Shown one piece after another: positions 1 through 10,150 of a stretch of 64,000 nt of DNA. The notes under the pieces are model-generated. The model had not been told where the DNA came from and did no database searches. It saw only the letters and a list, made by a program, of their open reading frames with translations. The position numbers were made by a program, and so were the translations under genes. Source of the stretch: a virus (Duplodnaviria; Caudoviricetes); the IMG/VR virus record IMGVR_UViG_3300005985_000001, positions 1 through 64,000 of that record, one strand, 5' to 3'. Within the stretch, counting starts at the first letter, position 1; each line of letters begins with the position of its first letter.

Positions 1-1909
1 GTGAACTGCTTTCAGAATCCATATTGATGAGCGCAGTCATTCTACGGCATACTTTATAAACCGAAGATTTCGAGTGCGATGGAAAAGCCCGATACACATC
101 GGCAGTTGTTTTTCCTGTGCTGAGCATGGTTCGAATCGTTTCCATTTCTGCATAGGAAAACGGGTTGCCCCGGTTGGTGATCGGTACAATCACAAAGGGC
201 TGACAGGGAACCGTCTGATCTCGCCAGTAAATTTCAAAATGCATCGAGCCGCGAGAATCAAAATCCGTCAGAATGATACGGTCAACAAGCTCCTGCAAAA
301 TGAGATGCTGGCCGTTTCGGTCCAGTCCTTGCCACCCATGTTCAATCAGTTCTTCGCCGAAGTGTGCTCGAAGGCGTGTCAGATCGTCTAAGGTCAGCTT
401 GCGGACTTGCTTGGGTTCGAGTGCTGCAAGCATCCGGTCGCGTTCCGCTTTATAGTCCCGATACTTGGTTTGACTGCGCTGTATCCAGTCCGGGTCATCA
501 TAGAACTCCATCCCATTGAGCAGGGTTTGCATCTTCTGTTCAACTTCATGGAGTTGACGTTCCAGCAGTCTTCGTTCTGGATGATCTTCTTCCTGGAGAG
601 AAGCCTGCATCTGCGCCCAGCCTTCTTCGGAGAAGGTCACTCGTAGCTGGTTCAGGACGTGATAGACCACCGCCTCATCAATGGTGGCTGCTTGCCGACT
701 CCAGCGGGTTCGAGTAGTTGAGGTTTCAGGATCATAGGGGGAAAGGTAATAACAGTAATGCTTTTGTGTCGGTCTCCAGGCGGCCTGGATCGGCAGGAGT
801 GCCTCGTCTATTTGGCTATAAAGTAACCCCGTACAGAGGGGTCGTTCAGTACCTCGGCGCACTTCAACGCTGGGTCTTGCGTTCTGGCGTACCGGACGAT
901 AATCTGGGTTGGGCGACCCATCGAGCAGGATGGGTGACAGGTAATGAAACGCTCGCCAGTAGACCTCCTCAGAAACTATCGGTTCGTGGTTATTCCAGCG
1001 CACGACCACGCCATCATGCAGCCAGTGCCCGATATAGACCGGATTGATGAGCATCTGGCATAGCCCAGGGCGACTGAGATACCAGCCGCCCTGTCGGGAT
1101 TTGATCTGAAAGCTGAACTTAAAGCCAGTGGGCGGCTGAATGGTTGCTGGATCAGGGAATGAAACATGGTGTTCGTAAATATACTGCTGGGTTCGGGCGA
1201 TATTTCCGCCGAACATGAGAAAGACACGGAAGTATTCTCGGACCACAGCAGCGAAGGGTTCCAGTGGGAAGATACGTCGATGATCGGGATTCGCCAAGCC
1301 AGGTTCGAGTTCCTTACGGGCATCGACCATGTAGCCAATGGAGGGTCCCGCACCGGCCCAGCGTCCTGTTTTCATGAGGTATTTCCGAGCGCCGTTTAGC
1401 TTACCGAGAATCTGGGTGTTGATGTATTCTGCGCCCATTTCGCATTTGAAGCGAAATTGCCGGGCATAAAAAGTGCCCATCTGTGGATGGGCAAAATCAT
1501 AAATGACGGTCGGGGTAATCACCTTCACGTTGGCTTCTTTACAGGCTGCGATGAAGGTATCGACCTGGATCATGGTTTCGTCACGGAAGAAACGATCTTC
1601 ATCCTGCGCGGCAACGGCTCCCACGCGATGATCAAGAATCATGCCAAAAAGCTGACGCATCCCCTCACGTTCGTCAATACGTAGCTTACCACTGACTGCC
1701 ATATCCACATCGATGAGCTTGACTCGTTCTTTTGCCCAGCCCATACCGAGCAGACGTTCATACATATCCACCGTCTGAATAGTGGTCGAGACGTTTCCGA
1801 TCTGTCCCTCAGACGATTGTCGGTAGTATAAGGCTATGTCTCGCTGAATGGGGAGTTCGCTGGAGTGTTGGGGTTCAGCTTCCTCAGCATTTCTAAACTT
1901 TCGGGACAT
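1..1909 (-). CDS. int: Large serine recombinase (phage integrase), 3' end truncated by window edge
   Basis: Manual translation from ATG 1909 (absent from ORF track: no stop before base 1). Catalytic LYYRQS, VSG..R.G..L, DEDRFFRD; recombinase domain MLINPVYIG...NHEPIVSEE; coiled coil; QELVDRII; C-terminal HTH-like tail. Confidence 0.9.
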   Translation of the reverse strand, partial: MSRKFRNAEEAEPQHSSELPIQRDIALYYRQSSEGQIGNVSTTIQTVDMYERLLGMGWAKERVKLIDVDMAVSGKLRIDEREGMRQLFGMILDHRVGAVAAQDEDRFFRDETMIQVDTFIAACKEANVKVITPTVIYDFAHPQMGTFYARQFRFKCEMGAEYINTQILGKLNGARKYLMKTGRWAGAGPSIGYMVDARKELEPGLANPDHRRIFPLEPFAAVVREYFRVFLMFGGNIARTQQYIYEHHVSFPDPATIQPPTGFKFSFQIKSRQGGWYLSRPGLCQMLINPVYIGHWLHDGVVVRWNNHEPIVSEEVYWRAFHYLSPILLDGSPNPDYRPVRQNARPSVEVRRGTERPLCTGLLYSQIDEALLPIQAAWRPTQKHYCYYLSPYDPETSTTRTRWSRQAATIDEAVVYHVLNQLRVTFSEEGWAQMQASLQEEDHPERRLLERQLHEVEQKMQTLLNGMEFYDDPDWIQRSQTKYRDYKAERDRMLAALEPKQVRKLTLDDLTRLRAHFGEELIEHGWQGLDRNGQHLILQELVDRIILTDFDSRGSMHFEIYWRDQTVPCQPFVIVPITNRGNPFSYAEMETIRTMLSTGKTTADVYRAFPSHSKSSVYKVCRRMTALINMDSESSS

Positions 1910-2019
1910 GATTCCACGTACCTTTCGTAACCGGCAAGCAATAACGAGTAGATTAATGAATAATCAACCGTTGGCATCATTGTGACGTGTTCTTCAGAGG
2001 CTGTCAATTCCTGTTGCAT
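1834..2019 (-). CDS. Small hypothetical protein overlapping the integrase start
   Basis: 61 aa ORF with GAAGGAG SD and a CACCAC hairpin upstream; overlaps int by 76 nt. Confidence 0.5.
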   Translation of the reverse strand: MQQELTASEEHVTMMPTVDYSLIYSLLLAGYERYVESCPESLEMLRKLNPNTPANSPFSET

Positions 2020-2054
2020 GATGGGTTTTCTCCTTCATTGACCGGTGGTGACGG

Positions 2055-2504
2055 TCATTCTGCGGAACGTTCCGTTGATTCGCGTTCTAAGCGTCGTGAA
2101 AAACTAATGGCTCTCGTCGGGATGTAATCCGTGCCGGGTTCAAAGCCCTGCTCCTGAAGCTTCTGGTTGGCTTCTTTGGAGCGACGGCGATAGTCCTTAC
2201 CGTAGGCGCGGCGCTGTTGCACCTCAACCCAGGTCCAATATTTCTTCCAGATCTTCTTGGCTCTGCGCTCCAGATCCGGTGGACGCGGGACTTCCTGACG
2301 ATACATATACTTATAGGGTGCGCTGTTATAGCCATATACAGCACGGACCAGCGCCATCAGTTGATTGTCCTGCTGCACGAGAAGGTTATAGCGTTCACGG
2401 TTGGCAGCAGCGCGTTTGGTTAGCTCGGCACGAAACCAGCTCTCAAAATTTGGATCGGCGAAGTTGCGTTCGGATACTGCGGGCACATCGTAGTAGGTAT
2501 TCAT
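2055..2504 (-). CDS. Hypothetical protein
   Basis: 149 aa ORF, start overlaps upstream stop. Confidence 0.7.
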   Translation of the reverse strand: MNTYYDVPAVSERNFADPNFESWFRAELTKRAAANRERYNLLVQQDNQLMALVRAVYGYNSAPYKYMYRQEVPRPPDLERRAKKIWKKYWTWVEVQQRRAYGKDYRRRSKEANQKLQEQGFEPGTDYIPTRAISFSRRLERESTERSAE

Positions 2505-2873
2505 TTACGTATCTCAGCATAAACTAAGAGTAAGAGTAGTCCAACCAGAAACAGGATCAGTCCCACCAGGAACACGAAGAATGCTTCTTTCGTGGTAATC
2601 ACGAGAATATTGCTGGCGAGCACATGGTTCATCATGTCTTGGGGGTCCATCGGAACGTTCCGGCTATCGAATCGAGAGCTTGGTGATAATGAAGGCGATG
2701 AAGGTGACAATCGCAGCGAGGATGAACGCTTCGATGAACTTCCCGATCAAAGGTGGACGCTTGGGAATAGGCTTAGGCGTCTTCTTGGGCATCAACCAAT
2801 TCTTTCGGTGAAATACATTTGATTTCGGTGAGCCTGCCATCACGGAAGGTTGCTCGATACTCGTACCAGACAT
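2501..2873 (-). CDS. Two small predicted membrane proteins (2501-2710, 2664-2873)
   Basis: Hydrophobic stretches FFVFLVGLILFLVGLLLLLVY and FIEAFILAAIVTFIAFII; true starts uncertain. Confidence 0.45.
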
Positions 2874-3120
2874 TCGTTTTGTTCCGGTAGTCTCCAGTCA
2901 GCGTATAGAAAAGTACATCGCCATCGATATTGATGATGGTGTCTAAGTCTTTTTCATTGACTACCTGTGAAGATCGGCGGCGAACCAGTAAACCATCAGC
3001 ACGGATGATGTAGAGATCAAGAAGGCTGTCCAAGTCCTTCGTCTGGAAGCGTTCGCCTTGAAATAACTCAGCGAACTTCGGTAGCGGATATTCACAGAGG
3101 ATCTCGTCGTACATGCCCAT
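2773..3120 (-). CDS. Conserved-looking phage hypothetical protein
   Basis: MGMYDEILCEYPLP...FQTKDL...Y.I..DG.L pattern resembles a recurrent phage family. Confidence 0.6.
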   Translation of the reverse strand: MGMYDEILCEYPLPKFAELFQGERFQTKDLDSLLDLYIIRADGLLVRRRSSQVVNEKDLDTIINIDGDVLFYTLTGDYRNKTNVWYEYRATFRDGRLTEIKCISPKELVDAQEDA

Positions 3121-3199
3121 TATTCTTCATCCTCACTGCCAAAAAGCTTCTTCAGGCTGATACGGTAGTCACTATCCCGAAAACGTACATCATCGAATT

Positions 3200-3671
3200 T
3201 CATTTCATCTCCCTGAGCATCTGCTCAATCTGTTCTAAGGCACTACAGAGTTCCTGTTTTGCCAGGAGTAAGGCCTGCTTCCTAGCATCTTTATGCTTGA
3301 AGCGTCCTTCAGAACGGATCATACCGAAGGACACAATCCGAATCTTGCTGGCCTCCTTGAACTTGTCCACAATCAGGGTCATCAGGTCGCCGACTTGGAG
3401 TTCGTCGTAGTGAGGACGTTCATGCCATTGCATTGTCATCGTTGTAAACAAACTCATAAGGCGCACCGTCCATGAAGAAATGATCGACTGAACTCATACC
3501 GATAAACTCTTCCTCAAAGTTCTCCTTTACATATGCCATTGCAGCATTCCAGTCATCGACAAAATCTCCACTCTCGAAACGGGTGATTTCACCACCGAGA
3601 GGATTGACCATCACGCCGCGATAGGTCTCTGGTTCGAATTCGTCGTAGTCAATACCGACAAACGCTTTCAT
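3200..3671 (-). CDS. Two hypothetical proteins (3200-3466, 3420-3671)
   Basis: Tandem ORFs on the arm's coding strand. Confidence 0.55.
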
Positions 3672-4177
3672 ACCCGATCCTCTCCTGAATAATCTTGGAA
3701 GTGTTTCACATCAGCCTCGGTTAAAGCGTACCATTCACGTTCGACCTTGCGTTCCGCAAAAACAGCTTTGAAATGCTTTTCGAGTGCGTGCCGATCTGTC
3801 GTATAAATTACATGGGTGAAATCGAGTACTTCTGCGTGGGCTGTTTTGTATGATCTCAGTCTCTGCTTGAGATCATGTGTCTTACCCAACTTCCAAAGTC
3901 TGTTAGGCGCTTTTAGAAGATAGACGTAACCCTTAGCACTTTTGGGTTTTGCGGGCTGCCACAGGTTAATCGAAATTCTCAGGGAACAGATTACAAAAGC
4001 AGTCGAAGTCGTGACTGCGATAGCGAGTAAAAACATGGACCATTCATCAGTGTGTCCGAGAGCTTGGATATACCATTGGTAGATGCCCAAAAAACCAAGT
4101 GATAAAATCGCTAAAGGTGTCTTCGCTAACTCACGAATGTTATCGTAGATGTGAGTATTCTTCTTCTTTATGCCCAT
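3668..4177 (-). CDS. Membrane-anchored GIY-YIG (T5orf172/MUG113-like) nuclease-domain protein
   Basis: Two N-terminal hydrophobic helices, then GYVYLL...WKLGKT...RL..Y...LEK.F...F.ERKVEREWY. Confidence 0.75.
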   Translation of the reverse strand: MGIKKKNTHIYDNIRELAKTPLAILSLGFLGIYQWYIQALGHTDEWSMFLLAIAVTTSTAFVICSLRISINLWQPAKPKSAKGYVYLLKAPNRLWKLGKTHDLKQRLRSYKTAHAEVLDFTHVIYTTDRHALEKHFKAVFAERKVEREWYALTEADVKHFQDYSGEDRV

Positions 4178-5018
4178 TCGTTCTTTTTAACTCCTCAATG
4201 ACGTTATAAACAGTTGACTTTCCAACGCCGAGATGTGCTGCAATTTCCAATGGTTTCCCGTCAACAAGCAGTTCTGGATGCTCTTGGAAGAAGGCAATCG
4301 TCATCTCTCTTGCCATTGGTTGCTTCTTATGTCCAAGCGTGGAATTTGATGGAATGATTTCCATGCCCTGTATTCCATTGGAACTTCCATTGGAAGCTGC
4401 TGGAACTTGTTTGGAATCCTGAATAGACTTTCTGTATTTCCGAAATGCGGTTAAAACTGTCGCATCCCACTGCTTTGAGTCCTCGCGGTATTTTTCCTGT
4501 GCTTCTGTATTGGCTTTGGTCTGACTAAGGTGCATATGAACAAACATCTCACCCGCAAGTAGTGCGATCAATGGCGCACCAAAACCTAAGATAACGCCTA
4601 CGGCTGTAATCCAGACATCGCCTTGCGCCGAAAGCGCCCGGAGCACAGAGTTGATATTACTGATCAGCGCAACAGCAAAGACGACAATCAGCATAATCGT
4701 GACGACAGTACGATTGCCTCGAAGACGTGCATAGGTTGCGATAAAGATCGCCAAGTCAATGGCAACAAAAGCTGCCAGTGCCACCAGTTGACGCACCCAT
4801 TCTGCAACATGCTCCTGCTCGATTCCTGCATATGCTGTTGGAACGGTATGAACACCAGAAAGAAGTGCGGCACAGACAAACATAAAGATCACCACACTGC
4901 GCAGCCACCAGGGATATTCACTTGAAATATCCTCTGGCTTTATTGGTACACTGGCAGGATGCTGTTGATTGAACTCTTCTCGGAACTCGTCATAGTTCAT
5001 AGCGGAACGTTCCGTCAT
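4140..5018 (-). CDS. Multi-pass membrane protein with coiled coil and C-terminal HTH (DUF2637/SpdA-like architecture)
   Basis: About four hydrophobic segments, then PLEIAAHLGVGKSTVYNVI HTH. Confidence 0.7.
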   Translation of the reverse strand: MTERSAMNYDEFREEFNQQHPASVPIKPEDISSEYPWWLRSVVIFMFVCAALLSGVHTVPTAYAGIEQEHVAEWVRQLVALAAFVAIDLAIFIATYARLRGNRTVVTIMLIVVFAVALISNINSVLRALSAQGDVWITAVGVILGFGAPLIALLAGEMFVHMHLSQTKANTEAQEKYREDSKQWDATVLTAFRKYRKSIQDSKQVPAASNGSSNGIQGMEIIPSNSTLGHKKQPMAREMTIAFFQEHPELLVDGKPLEIAAHLGVGKSTVYNVIEELKRTNGHKEEEYSHLR

Positions 5019-6139
5019 TCGTACTTTTCTTTCAACTTCAGATAGAGATTGTGCTCCTGCTGTTCACGGCGTTGGTGTTCTCTTTGTTCACGTTCTTCGA
5101 TAGCTTGTTTTTCCGTAGTCCACTTTTCAATGCATTCTTTGCGCCAGTCAGACCAAAGCCAACGCGTCGGGAATGAAATTCGCTGATAGTCTTCTTCATC
5201 GAAGCTAATCCACTCTGGATTGATTTCATAGAAGTAAGGGCTTCGATACTTTGAGATAAAGTCTTTACCCCAAAATTCTTTGTAGAACTTCTCGTACTCA
5301 GAGAAAAGCTTATCGCTTAACTCCACGATCTCTTCTCGAGCGTCAATAAGCGCCATGATGTATTGCTCGTTCATTCGTCATCTCCTCGCTCAATCCATTT
5401 CATCAAATTGCTCATCCAGGCGACCCAGAACTACGACATCGAATTCCGTCGCGTCCTCGAACGTGATGCCATCCTGCCATCGCCAATACAGAACACAATG
5501 TTCTTCGCCCCAGCCATCGGAGAGTTGACCCATAAACTCATCGCGGTCTGCTTTGCTTTTGAAGTGAAGTGTGATACTGATCACGATTCGTTGAGTCCTA
5601 GCAACTCTTTGACCAGATGCAGAATGACGTACACGCGTGTCCACTCAGTCGTTGGCTTGAACCCGTTTTCGTTCACTTCGCCGCGACTGTCGAATTCCGC
5701 AGCCGAATCCAGCACATGTACTTCCAGATCATACTCTGCGAAAATGTCCCAGAGATCGCGTAGCTGCTTCATGGCCTCATCACGTTCTTCGCGGGCCATA
5801 CGCAGCGCCAGCAGAAGTTCCGCAGGCTCTAGAGACTCCACATTGAGATTACGATCAAAATCACCGCGCACCAGTTCTTCCAGGAGATGCGCTAAGGCGC
5901 TGGTCTGTGCAAATTCCTGTACCGTCAATTTACTCATCGTAAAACGCTCCTATAAGCTCTTCCTGCTCCTGTGGGGTTTCACTGCGATGCTGAAGTTCCC
6001 AGATGATTTCCTTGATGCAGTTCTCAATCTTTGCGGCGTCCTTCGGCTTGTATTCTTCATAGAGAAACTCGTAGGTGTCTCCGAGTAGAAGTGCAGCGGC
6101 AATCCCACAGGCAATGCGTTTCGCATCTCGTTTGATCAT
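5015..6139 (-). CDS. Four hypothetical proteins (5015-5374, ~5390-5584, 5581-5937, 5930-6139)
   Basis: Abutting or overlapping start/stop junctions. Confidence 0.6.
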
Positions 6140-6378
6140 ACCGTTCGCAGCTTTCTCCCAACAATCCGCAGGCTGTTGGGGTAATTGACGTTGAAGTAAA
6201 CAATTTCCCGATGTTTCATGATATTGAGCGTATGCTGCACTGTTGCGGCATTACAGCCAAAGTGTTCCGCGATCTCTTTCCGAGTCGGTGCTTGTCGGTG
6301 TTCGTTCCAGTAGTCCAGAATAAAATCGCGCATCGCTGGAATTCGCGCTTCAATACGCTGTTGAGCTTTATTCAACAT
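6136..6378 (-). CDS. LexA-type DNA-binding-domain-only protein
   Basis: RDFILDYWNEHRQAPTRKEIAEHFGC...TVQHTL..M...I matches the LexA N-terminal wHTH; no peptidase domain. Confidence 0.75.
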   Translation of the reverse strand: MLNKAQQRIEARIPAMRDFILDYWNEHRQAPTRKEIAEHFGCNAATVQHTLNIMKHREIVYFNVNYPNSLRIVGRKLRTV

Positions 6379-6577
6379 CCACGACCTTCAGGTGTCCACG
6401 CCCGTTCCGTTCCAGAAAGCCGATACGGATCAACTTCCGAATGTGGAAGTGGATGGTACTCGGACTTTTATTAAACTCATTCGCAATGGTGCGAATCGTC
6501 GGTGCATAGCCGTATTGCTGATCAAAATCGACAATGAACTGGAGAATGCGTTTGCGCATCTCGGTGAGTCTGGGCAT
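6368..6577 (-). CDS. LexA-type DNA-binding-domain-only protein
   Basis: RILQFIVDFDQQYGYAPTIRTIANEF.KSPSTIHFHIRKLIRIGFLER; no peptidase domain. Confidence 0.8.
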   Translation of the reverse strand: MPRLTEMRKRILQFIVDFDQQYGYAPTIRTIANEFNKSPSTIHFHIRKLIRIGFLERNGRGHLKVVDVE

Positions 6578-6625
6578 TGAAATTCTCCTTCATAACCCGC
6601 GTGGTGGGCGGGTTTCGGCAGTGGT

Positions 6626-6844
6626 TTAGAGCTTTAGTCTTCCTAATTCGGTAATTCTATACCTCGTATTCCGGGTCGTACCCCAGACCCTTTCGATGTC
6701 ACCAGAATTCAAAAGCGCCTGGCGCATTTCGTTGATCTCCTGATCGGTATATTCAGGATAGTTCGTCTTGAAGCTGGAGATCAGGCGCACTTCCTGGAAG
6801 TGCTGCAACAGCCTCTGTCTCAACTGCTGTTTCCGTTCCGACAT
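6626..6844 (-). CDS. Small winged-helix-like protein
   Basis: L..L..SGDIER......TRYRITELG wing pattern. Confidence 0.5.
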   Translation of the reverse strand: MSERKQQLRQRLLQHFQEVRLISSFKTNYPEYTDQEINEMRQALLNSGDIERVWGTTRNTRYRITELGRLKL

Positions 6845-7925
6845 GGGATTCCTTTCGCTGTCGTGCGATATGCTCAGTCAGTAATGTTTCAAGCTTGGTG
6901 AAGAGACCTACATCCTCGAAGAGAAGCTGCTCCAGGGCATTACGTCCATGTGCGAGTTTTTCTTCGCCAAAGTAATAGTGAGCACCCCGTTGCTCGATCA
7001 GGTTTACGGCGATTGCTGTGTCTGCCAGGTCTGCTACATAGTTGATGTAGCTCTCCGGATAGATCATCAACCCGAACTCGAAACGACTAGGTGCAGGCTT
7101 GCCGGTCTTGTTCTTGTGGATCATGCCTTTGTGTCGCTTGCCGATGATGAAGCCTTTTTTCAGTTTCTCGCCATCGGGCATGATCGTGTCTTTGTCCAGC
7201 GAGACCTTCAGCGGCGGTTCCATGTAGATGCGCAGGGACGCCAGATAGGGGATGCTGTTCCCGCCACTGGAGACAACCATCCCGCCTTCGGGCTTGAGGG
7301 CATCGTAGAACGGCTGCTGTGTGGTCACATAGACCTGATTGACGATCACCACCGCAGCGTTGCCTTTGGCGGCACGGGCGAAGAACAGGGTCTTGAAGGT
7401 GCTGCCGACCCGCGCCAGCTTCATCATGGTCGCGTCTTCCATTGTGCCTTCGGCGGCAGAACGCACCGGCGAGCCGCCGAAGCTGTCCAGGACGATCAGA
7501 CTGTACTTGTTTTCGGCGTAGAGTGTGAGCAGGGTTTCCAGGGCGCTTTCCAGATAGGACGGATGCCACACATGCAGGTGACAGTCTGCCATCTCCTTAT
7601 CTTCTTCGCCCATGTAGACTTCTTCTTCAGGGATTCCTAAGCGTTCCAGCCATTTCAGATCCAGCGCCGACTCGGTTTCCAGCAGCGCCACATACTCACC
7701 GCGTTCAATCGCTTTCGCAGCGGCGATCAGGACCAGCGTGGTTTTGCTGGTGGCTTCACGCCCAGAGATCTCTGTGACACGCCCACGCGGGAAACCGCCG
7801 CCGATGGCAAGATCGGCCGCGTAGATGCCCGTAGGGATAAACTCGATCTCAGGCGTCTCGCCGGGCATGGCTTTACGAGCGGAGAGCTTCTTCAACGTTT
7901 CAGGACTTAAAAAGGTCATCAGCAC
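6753..7925 (-). CDS. recA: RecA-family recombinase
   Basis: IPTG..AADLAIGGGFPRGRVTEISG; Walker A variant GREATSKT; LIVLDSFG; VVIVNQ; SSGGNSIPY.ASLR; KNKT. Confidence 0.93.
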   Translation of the reverse strand: MLMTFLSPETLKKLSARKAMPGETPEIEFIPTGIYAADLAIGGGFPRGRVTEISGREATSKTTLVLIAAAKAIERGEYVALLETESALDLKWLERLGIPEEEVYMGEEDKEMADCHLHVWHPSYLESALETLLTLYAENKYSLIVLDSFGGSPVRSAAEGTMEDATMMKLARVGSTFKTLFFARAAKGNAAVVIVNQVYVTTQQPFYDALKPEGGMVVSSGGNSIPYLASLRIYMEPPLKVSLDKDTIMPDGEKLKKGFIIGKRHKGMIHKNKTGKPAPSRFEFGLMIYPESYINYVADLADTAIAVNLIEQRGAHYYFGEEKLAHGRNALEQLLFEDVGLFTKLETLLTEHIARQRKESHVGTETAVETEAVAALPGSAPDLQLQDELS

Positions 7926-7928
7926 TCC

Positions 7929-8114
7929 TCATTGTAAGTAACCGCTGTAGGCGGGATATTGAATCTGATCGACCCAGCGATAGACCAATTCCAGTTCTTC
8001 ATCGTTGAACTGGAGTGCATCGATGGCTTCGCCGAGGGTCATGAAGGGGTAATCCGCGAGATAAGAAGTCACGATCATCCCAAAGAACCGCACTTCCGTC
8101 ATATATTCTTTCAT
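7929..8114 (-). CDS. Hypothetical protein
   Basis: 61 aa ORF in tandem. Confidence 0.55.
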   Translation of the reverse strand: MKEYMTEVRFFGMIVTSYLADYPFMTLGEAIDALQFNDEELELVYRWVDQIQYPAYSGYLQ

Positions 8115-8458
8115 TCATTGATCCAGACTGGCGTGTGCATCACCGCTTGCAAGCGGGCTAAAGCGGTTTCGACAGCATTGCGCCCCCAAAGATTGATATT
8201 AAACTGCCAGAGAGCTTTGTCCACATCCACCTCACCAGCGTGCTCGTGGCATTCAGCACAGAGCAATGAGCAAAGTTCCTTCTGGAAACTGAGTTCTCGT
8301 GCCTCTGGATTGTTGACGGTTTTACTACGGGCAATCAATTCATGCATCTGATAACCCAAACGACGATGACAGTAATCACAGGGCGGCATTTCTTTCAACC
8401 ATCCACTGCGACGGATGATCATCTTGCGCTTTTGTTCATCACGCTGGCTCATGGGCAT
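8111..8458 (-). CDS. HNH-like (His-Me finger) zinc-binding nuclease
   Basis: CDYC...MHE.I.RS.....LLCAECHEH. Confidence 0.6.
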   Translation of the reverse strand: MPMSQRDEQKRKMIIRRSGWLKEMPPCDYCHRRLGYQMHELIARSKTVNNPEARELSFQKELCSLLCAECHEHAGEVDVDKALWQFNINLWGRNAVETALARLQAVMHTPVWINE

Positions 8459-10150
8459 AGGCGATTCCTATTAAACGCAGACCAAAAGTATCTGTGTTCC
8501 ATTCTTCTTTCAGTGTCGGGATACAGGGTGTTGAATCGACCTGTACCAGATAGTTCTCGATGTCTGACCACTCCAGCCCTGAGAAGTATTCCCAGAGTTC
8601 ATCGGCGCTGGCATTTCGGTAGATGTCTTCGTACTCTTCGTCGTAGGTACATTCAGTCACACCGTCCATGAGAAAGTAGCCCATACTCCCGACGCTGGCG
8701 AGATAGCCTTCGATGATGACGACAACGCGGATTTGCCAGATCCCCGAAATCGCCTGAAATTGCAGCACTTTATTCATCTTCGGAACGTTCCGCTAGATGC
8801 ACCCAAATGCGACTGGTCTTGATGGCTTGTGGGAAAATTGTTTCCAATTGCTTTCGGTTAATTATCGGCACATGTACCAGGAATTCATCCAGATCCTCGT
8901 AGCTGATTTCATTGCGGAGATAGTCGATCAGGAAGGCTTCATCCTGCATCGCAGCATTGACATACTGCTCGATCATGTCCGGGCTTGCGGTTTCGCCCAA
9001 TGTTCGGACGGTATAGGCTTCCGCCACCAGTTCGGTGGGAATGCGATAGAGTTCATCTTCGATGTAGAATTCCATATAGTTCATCTGAGGATCGCCATCC
9101 CGAAGTGCCTCAATCGACAGATAGCCATCCAGGATGCGATCTTTTGAAAGGAGTTGATTGAAGCACAGTTGCAGCGCCTGTCCGATAGTTTGCGCGTCTT
9201 CCTCAGTTGGCATCAGGATACTGCCGATCATCAGGTTCACGGTCATCGCCAGAGCTTCTGTGCTATGTTTCAGAAGCTGTTCTGCGGCTTCCTCGCCCTG
9301 CGCCGTGAGTTCAAATTGTCCCGGCGAGACTTCCAGCATATCGCCGTCATCGATGGCTTGCTGCATCCGTTCTTCGAAATCTTCGGGCAAATCATCATAA
9401 TCAGAATTGATAGACAAGAGCTTTGGTCTCCTCAATGAATTGAACGAATTTAGGATTGGGTTCCCAGTTGGGATTGACGCCCAGTTCCAGGATGGCGGCG
9501 GCTTCGCCTCGTGTCAGGTCCTTCGCAGAAGTCATCCTGCGAGAGAACCAGAGCTTAAGCACCAGCAGCCGCTCATCCCGTGAAGTCGTGTGCGCGTCCA
9601 GGAATCGTGCAACGGCGATGGACTGTTTCATTGTCGCCGGAACGTTCCGAGACTCATGGGATCGCGCTAAAGAAAGTAGCTGGTCGAGCACCGGTCGTTC
9701 TCCTTCATCGCCCTGTGGTGGAGGGCTGCACAGATGTACTTATTCTACTACGAATTCGTACATTTTGCAACGGTTCGATGTTCAGAGTTGCTTAGGTAGC
9801 TTAGTTTCCACCTTCTATGAACTCAGAGACGATAGAAGGTGTTGATGTCTTCAAACATTGGAATCCTCTCGTTTGACGAGTTGATACTTCGAAAGTAATG
9901 CGTTCCCGAATTCTGCCATCAGTGCCTTGAAGCGGATGTCGATGTCCTGACCACCAAAAGGATGTAGATAACTTGCATAAAGACAATCACTAGCGATGCC
10001 ATGAAATTTCAACCAGTCCAAACCAAACTTCTCTGTGCCTTCACTCATTACACGGTAGAAAATCTCACCGGCGTTGTAACGCGATTCCCGATCCCAGGTA
10101 TCCCAGGCTGATTCGACTGGCGTATCTTCAGAGTCGCGATAGATAGACAT
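8439..10150 (-). CDS. Four hypothetical proteins (8439-8777, 8770-9435, 9401-9691, 9851-10150)
   Basis: Tandem ORFs; 9401-9691 has hairpin, SD and promoter motif upstream. Confidence 0.6.
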
